Positions 55,581 to 59,418 of a stretch of DNA of 59,418 nt are shown here, piece after piece. Source of the stretch: an uncultured Actinomycetes bacterium (lineage in GTDB: Bacteria > Chloroflexota > Dormibacteria > Dormibacterales > Dormibacteraceae); contig CAYWTI010000247.1 in NCBI GenBank assembly GCA_964461175.1, forward strand, positions 1 to 59,418, read 5' to 3'. The position numbers and the translations under genes were made by a program. The notes below the pieces were generated by a model that saw only the letters and a list, made by a program, of their open reading frames with translations, searched no databases and was not told the origin of the DNA. Numbering within the stretch: position 1 is the first letter of the stretch; each line of letters begins with the position of its first letter.

Positions 55581-57563
55581 TCAGGATAAGCGGTCGGCCA
55601 GCTCACGCACTCGCTCGGGCGTCGGCCAGCGCCCGGCGTACGCGCCTTCGTTGACCGCGACCGTGATGTCCTCGAGCGTCGCCGAGCCCATCGCGTGCTG
55701 GTACTCGAGCGGCGTCTCGGGCGGCGCGCGCCGCCTGCCCAGCCTGCGCTGCGCGCGGTCGTAGAGGCGGAGCAGCTCGTTCTCGCCCGGCGCCGGCCTG
55801 TGTCTGGGCCGCCACCGCCGCCGGCGAAGCCACGCGTACGCGAGGACGGCGACCACGCCGGCGGCGAGCGCGAGTGGCGCGGCCCCCAGCAGGCCGAGCG
55901 ACCCGAGCGCTGCAGCGGGCGCGCCGACGCTCAGGTGCGGGATGAGCCGGGCCACCCCGCCGGCGGCCCAGTGGCTCGGGAACCTCGTCGCCGCGAGCGG
56001 CGAGACGCCGGGCGTCGGGTCGACGGCGACCCAGCCGTGGTGCGCGAACCACACCTCGACCCACGCGTGCGCATCGTGCTCGCGGACGACGGCCTGGTCG
56101 AGCACGGGGTCGTAGTCTCCCGTGGCGTAGCCGGTGACCAGGCGGGCCGGGATGCCGAGGCTGCGGAGCATGAGAGTCTCCGCGGTCGCGAACTGCTCGC
56201 AGTAGCCGGTCTTGACGTCGAACAGGAACCAGTCGACCGGGTCGCGGCCGGCCGGCACCGGCGGAAGGTCGAGCGAGTAGGCGTACGTCCTCTGCAGGTA
56301 GCCGGTCAACGCCATGACGCGGTCGTAGTAGTTGGCCGCGCGCTCGGTCACCTGCTGCGCCAGCAGCGCCGCACGCGGCGACAGCGACGCGGCGTCGAGG
56401 TAGAGGCGAAGGTGGTCGGGCAGGCGGTCCAGGGTGCCGTCTTGGCCGAGAACGCCGGGCGTCAGGTTGGGCAGGTACGACACCACGGAGTAGGTCTGAC
56501 CGGGCCGCAGCTGGTCCGGCGTGTGGAAGGTGCCGTACGCATCCTCGCGGAGAGCGGCGACCGGCGCGTAAAGGCTCTCGACCGGGTAGGCGGCGTCGAT
56601 CACCCCTGGCAGCGGCCGAAGGACGCGAAAGGTCTGCACGAACGTGCCGAGGTTGTCCTCGGGCGCCGGAGGCAGAAAGCGCGGCGGCACGTACGGCTGC
56701 AGCTCGCGGTAGCCCGGGATCCCGGCCGTCCACACCCCGCCGCGGTAGGTGTCGAAGACCAGGCCCCGCCAGTACGCGGGCGCGCCGGTGCGAACGTACA
56801 TGACGGCCGAGTCCCCGAGCCGGCCGCGAAAGTGCAGGTCGACGCTGTTGGTGGCTCCGGTCGGGTCACCGCTGAGCTGGACGAGCGGCAGGGCAGGGCT
56901 TTCGATGTCGCCGCGGAAGCTGGTGAAGTTGGGCAGCGATACGACCAGCGGCGAGACAGGCGATCCGGACGGCTGGGGCAGGACGACGAACGCCGCCACA
57001 CCGAGGGCAAGGGCGGCGAGCGCGGCGAACGCGAGGGGACGCACCGGCGCCGACAGAGATGCGCCGAGACGGCGCAGGTGCGAGGCGAACCAGAATCCCG
57101 CGAGCGAAAGCGCCCACAGCGCCAGCAGGAGCGCGAACGCGTAATCCCACGCGTACACCGCGGCGAGATACAGGATCGCGAGGCTGATCCACAGGCTCGA
57201 GTAGCAGTTGCGCCGCGTCTTCAGGTCGAAGCTCGTGATCGCGACCAGCAGGATCGCGAAGTTGGCCTGCGGCAGCACCCCGCCGAACAGCGCGAGCGCC
57301 GAGTCGGCGACCACGTAGAACAGGGCGCCGAAGACGAGCGCGGCGAGGAACGCCTGGCGCCAGAAGCCACGCTTCAGGCTGCGTTCGCGGTGGCTGACGA
57401 CGTGCCCGACCGCAGCCGCGGCAAGACCCACGACGGGGACGACGTAGTCCTGGCCGTAGAGCACGATCGCGAGCACCGCGACCGCAAAGCCGGAGAACAC
57501 GAACGCGCGCGCCTCGACCGAATGCTCGACCGGCGACGCCGGAAGGCGTAGAACGCGAGGCAT
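55581..57563 (-). CDS. Transglutaminase-like membrane protein (TgpA-like: multi-TM N-domain, transglutaminase core, DUF4129-like tail)
   Basis: 660 aa. About six N-terminal TM segments. Core GYCEQFATAETLMLRSLGIPARLVTGY...HAWVEVW...DPT (the Cys-His-Asp triad context). ATG 57563 shares 1 nt with the DUF58 TGA. Confidence 0.85.
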   Translation of the reverse strand: MPRVLRLPASPVEHSVEARAFVFSGFAVAVLAIVLYGQDYVVPVVGLAAAAVGHVVSHRERSLKRGFWRQAFLAALVFGALFYVVADSALALFGGVLPQANFAILLVAITSFDLKTRRNCYSSLWISLAILYLAAVYAWDYAFALLLALWALSLAGFWFASHLRRLGASLSAPVRPLAFAALAALALGVAAFVVLPQPSGSPVSPLVVSLPNFTSFRGDIESPALPLVQLSGDPTGATNSVDLHFRGRLGDSAVMYVRTGAPAYWRGLVFDTYRGGVWTAGIPGYRELQPYVPPRFLPPAPEDNLGTFVQTFRVLRPLPGVIDAAYPVESLYAPVAALREDAYGTFHTPDQLRPGQTYSVVSYLPNLTPGVLGQDGTLDRLPDHLRLYLDAASLSPRAALLAQQVTERAANYYDRVMALTGYLQRTYAYSLDLPPVPAGRDPVDWFLFDVKTGYCEQFATAETLMLRSLGIPARLVTGYATGDYDPVLDQAVVREHDAHAWVEVWFAHHGWVAVDPTPGVSPLAATRFPSHWAAGGVARLIPHLSVGAPAAALGSLGLLGAAPLALAAGVVAVLAYAWLRRRRWRPRHRPAPGENELLRLYDRAQRRLGRRRAPPETPLEYQHAMGSATLEDITVAVNEGAYAGRWPTPERVRELADRLS

Positions 57564-58681
57564 CAGAGCGGCCAGCCAGTGCCCACGCGCAGCAGGGGCA
57601 CGTCGGTGATGACCTCGGCGTCACCGACGACCCAGCCGCGCCGGTTGCGGGCCATCTCGGCCGCGTCGATCAGCTCCCGGTCCGGGGTCGCCGTGACGAC
57701 CACCACCTCCTCCCCTCTCGCTGGGAGCCCGCCCGCGGGACCCGACGCCGCGAGCGGATAACGGGCGAGCCACTCCAGCACCTCCCACAGGTCGCGGGAC
57801 GGCGGAGTGGGTTCGAGGCCCGGCGCCCACAGCGACACCCGCCCGCCGTCGCGCAGGCAGTCCCACGCCTCCGACGCGGCGATGCGGGCGACCTGGTCGG
57901 CGAGCTCGACGCTTGGCGGACGAGGGTCGAGCGCGAGCGTCATCGTGCGCAGGCCGGGCGGCTCGTACTCGCGCACCACGAGCTCGCCGTGCCGCGCGCT
58001 CGAACGCCAGTGGATCCGGCGCAGCGAGTCCCCCGGCCGGTACTCGCGGATGCCGAACAGCTCGCTGCCGGTGCCGGCCCGAGGCGCGGCCACGTTCGCC
58101 TCGAGCTCTCGCGCGTCGCGGCGGGCACCCAGGGAGGCGAAACGCGGGAGGACAAGAGCGACCTCGGCGTCGGCGCACGGGCGCGTGCCGCCGAAGAAAC
58201 CGAGCGGGTCGCTGGTGCCGATCCGCCAGCCGCTGGCGCCGACGGGACCGCGCCGCACCGCGCGCAGCGTGCGCGAGATGCGCCACCCGGTCCGGGGCAC
58301 GTATCCCGCCCCGACGCGAAAGGGCTGGCCGCCCACCGTGCCGCCCACCCACGCCGGTCCGCGCGGCCCGCGCGGTGCGTCGAGACCGAGCTCCACGTCG
58401 ACGTCGTCGCCCTCGAACAGCGGCTCCGGGTGCGGCCCGCGCGCGAGCACGGCGGCGGGGAGGTCGTCGAGCGGGGATCCCTCACCGTGCTGAGCACCAC
58501 GCACCCCGAGATGGAGACACAGGCCGGAGCGGTTCCACCATGCGTACACCGCGCAGACGACGACCAGTGCGATCACCCACGCCGCGAGCAGGAACAGCCA
58601 CGAGACCTCGGACGTCGTCCCGTACCACTCGAGCACGAGCCACAGCGCTATCGCCCCGAGGACGCGGGGGGTCGGTCTCAG
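57563..58681 (-). CDS. DUF58 (vWA-like) protein; start uncertain
   Basis: GIREYRPGDSLRRIHWRSSARHGELVVREYE is the DUF58 signature. Two N-terminal TM segments begin right after the moxR stop. CTG 58681 overlaps the moxR TGA (CTGA). All in-frame ATG/GTG/TTG further upstream lie deep inside moxR. Confidence 0.8.
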   Translation of the reverse strand: MRPTPRVLGAIALWLVLEWYGTTSEVSWLFLLAAWVIALVVVCAVYAWWNRSGLCLHLGVRGAQHGEGSPLDDLPAAVLARGPHPEPLFEGDDVDVELGLDAPRGPRGPAWVGGTVGGQPFRVGAGYVPRTGWRISRTLRAVRRGPVGASGWRIGTSDPLGFFGGTRPCADAEVALVLPRFASLGARRDARELEANVAAPRAGTGSELFGIREYRPGDSLRRIHWRSSARHGELVVREYEPPGLRTMTLALDPRPPSVELADQVARIAASEAWDCLRDGGRVSLWAPGLEPTPPSRDLWEVLEWLARYPLAASGPAGGLPARGEEVVVVTATPDRELIDAAEMARNRRGWVVGDAEVITDVPLLRVGTGWPL

Positions 58682-59418
58682 TGCGTCCTCAGGGGCGGAA
58701 CCGGAAGCGCGGCGACGACCTCGCCGAGCACATCGGCGGAACGCACGCGGCCGCGCATGCCTATGCGGTGCGCGAACACCGGGACGGCGAGCAGCTTGAC
58801 GTCGTCCGGAAGGACGAAGTCGCGGCCCTCGAACAGGGCCCACGCCTGCGCCGCACGCTGAAGGTATACGGCCGCGCGCATGCTGGCCGGAAGCAGAACC
58901 TCGGGCCTTGCGCGCACCGCCTCGATCAGGCTGACGACGTACGCACGTATCGCCGGCGCTACGACGACGCGCAGGCACGCCTCCTGCAGCTCGACGACCT
59001 CCTGGATCGCGATCACCGGGCGCAGATCCGCGAGCGGGTCGCCGTGCTCGCGGCGCGCCAGGACCTCCAGCGCCTCCGCCTCGGTCGGCGGCCCCATCTC
59101 GGCGGCAAGGACGAAACGGTCGAGCTGGGACTCGGGCAGCGGGTAGGTGCCGTGGAACTCCGCCGGGTTCTGCGTGGCGACGACGAAGAACGGCCGCTCG
59201 AGGACGCGGGTGGTGCCTTCGACCGTCACCTGTCCCTCTCCCATCGCCTCGAGCAGCGCCGACTGCGTCCGCGGGGTGGTCCGGTTGACCTCGTCGGCCA
59301 GGACGATGTGGGCGAAGATCGGGCCGGGCACGAACTCGAAGGTCAGGTCCTTCTGGTTGAACACGCTCGAGCCGGTGATGTCCGACGGCAGAAGGTCGGG
59401 GGTGCACTGGATGCGCCG
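58678..59418 (-). CDS. moxR: MoxR-family AAA+ ATPase (5' end outside window)
   Basis: The frame is open to the window edge. RRIQCTPDLLPSDITGSSVFNQ..., Walker B ILADEVNRTTPRTQSALLEAM, VVATQNP and ESQLDRF. Confidence 0.9.
   Translation of the reverse strand, partial: RRIQCTPDLLPSDITGSSVFNQKDLTFEFVPGPIFAHIVLADEVNRTTPRTQSALLEAMGEGQVTVEGTTRVLERPFFVVATQNPAEFHGTYPLPESQLDRFVLAAEMGPPTEAEALEVLARREHGDPLADLRPVIAIQEVVELQEACLRVVVAPAIRAYVVSLIEAVRARPEVLLPASMRAAVYLQRAAQAWALFEGRDFVLPDDVKLLAVPVFAHRIGMRGRVRSADVLGEVVAALPVPPLRTH

Overview
This is a very GC-rich bacterial chromosomal window; third codon positions in real genes are almost always G or C. I saw no transposases, integrases, phage genes, CRISPR arrays or rRNA. 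It is densely packed with core-metabolism and housekeeping genes. All family calls come from motif recognition on the supplied translations, with no database search.

Gene content in order:
- (+) rny 3' end, ymdB, spoVS, miaB, mutS, mutL, miaA, dapL-type aminotransferase, hflX.
- (-) lexA, divergent from a LexA-boxed LysM gene and a glutaredoxin-like gene.
- (-) A LexA-boxed hypothetical, then tetR and an acyl-CoA dehydrogenase.
- (-) GNAT, pyrF, a TIGR00300/LOR-SDH protein, a small Lys-rich ORF, and a TauE/SafE permease encoded as two half-size genes.
- (+) nadE, then a 2-oxo-acid dehydrogenase operon in which E3 (lpd) and E1-alpha lie in one 856-codon frame, followed by E1-beta and E2.
- (-) An OmpR-type response regulator and histidine kinase.
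- (-) A long run: ferredoxin, icd-like, hypothetical, capA, DD-carboxypeptidase, eno, a Cys/Met PLP enzyme, a small membrane protein, cysM-like, a JAMM protease, an MFS transporter, der.
- (+) A membrane pseudokinase-like protein.
- (-) A RibD_C reductase and folE.
- (+) A GT2 glycosyltransferase.
- (-) A hypothetical.
- (+) An orphan Ser/Thr-rich secreted protein.
- (-) tRNA-Ser(GGA).
- (-) A complete pentose-phosphate operon: tkt, tal-pgi fusion, gnd, zwf, opcA, pgl, rpe, rpiA.
- (-) moxR, DUF58, a transglutaminase-like protein and pepF.

The synteny miaB...miaA-(DAP gene)-hflX...lexA/LysM resembles Actinomycetota. The presence of spoVS, mutS and mutL points instead to a deep-branching Terrabacteria lineage.

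I found no obvious self-contained novel system such as a defence island. The observations most worth follow-up are:
1. Stop/start junctions are pervasive, and several conserved N-termini lie upstream of any ATG/GTG/TTG. They begin exactly at the upstream stop codon (CTGA, ATAG, ATAA, CTAG junctions).
2. The in-frame E3-E1alpha fusion, which also carries an internal SD+ATG.
3. The split TauE permease.
4. An uncharacterised 124-aa gene behind a perfect LexA box.
5. A JAMM-CysM pair with no adjacent sulfur-carrier gene.
6. Two orphan envelope proteins.
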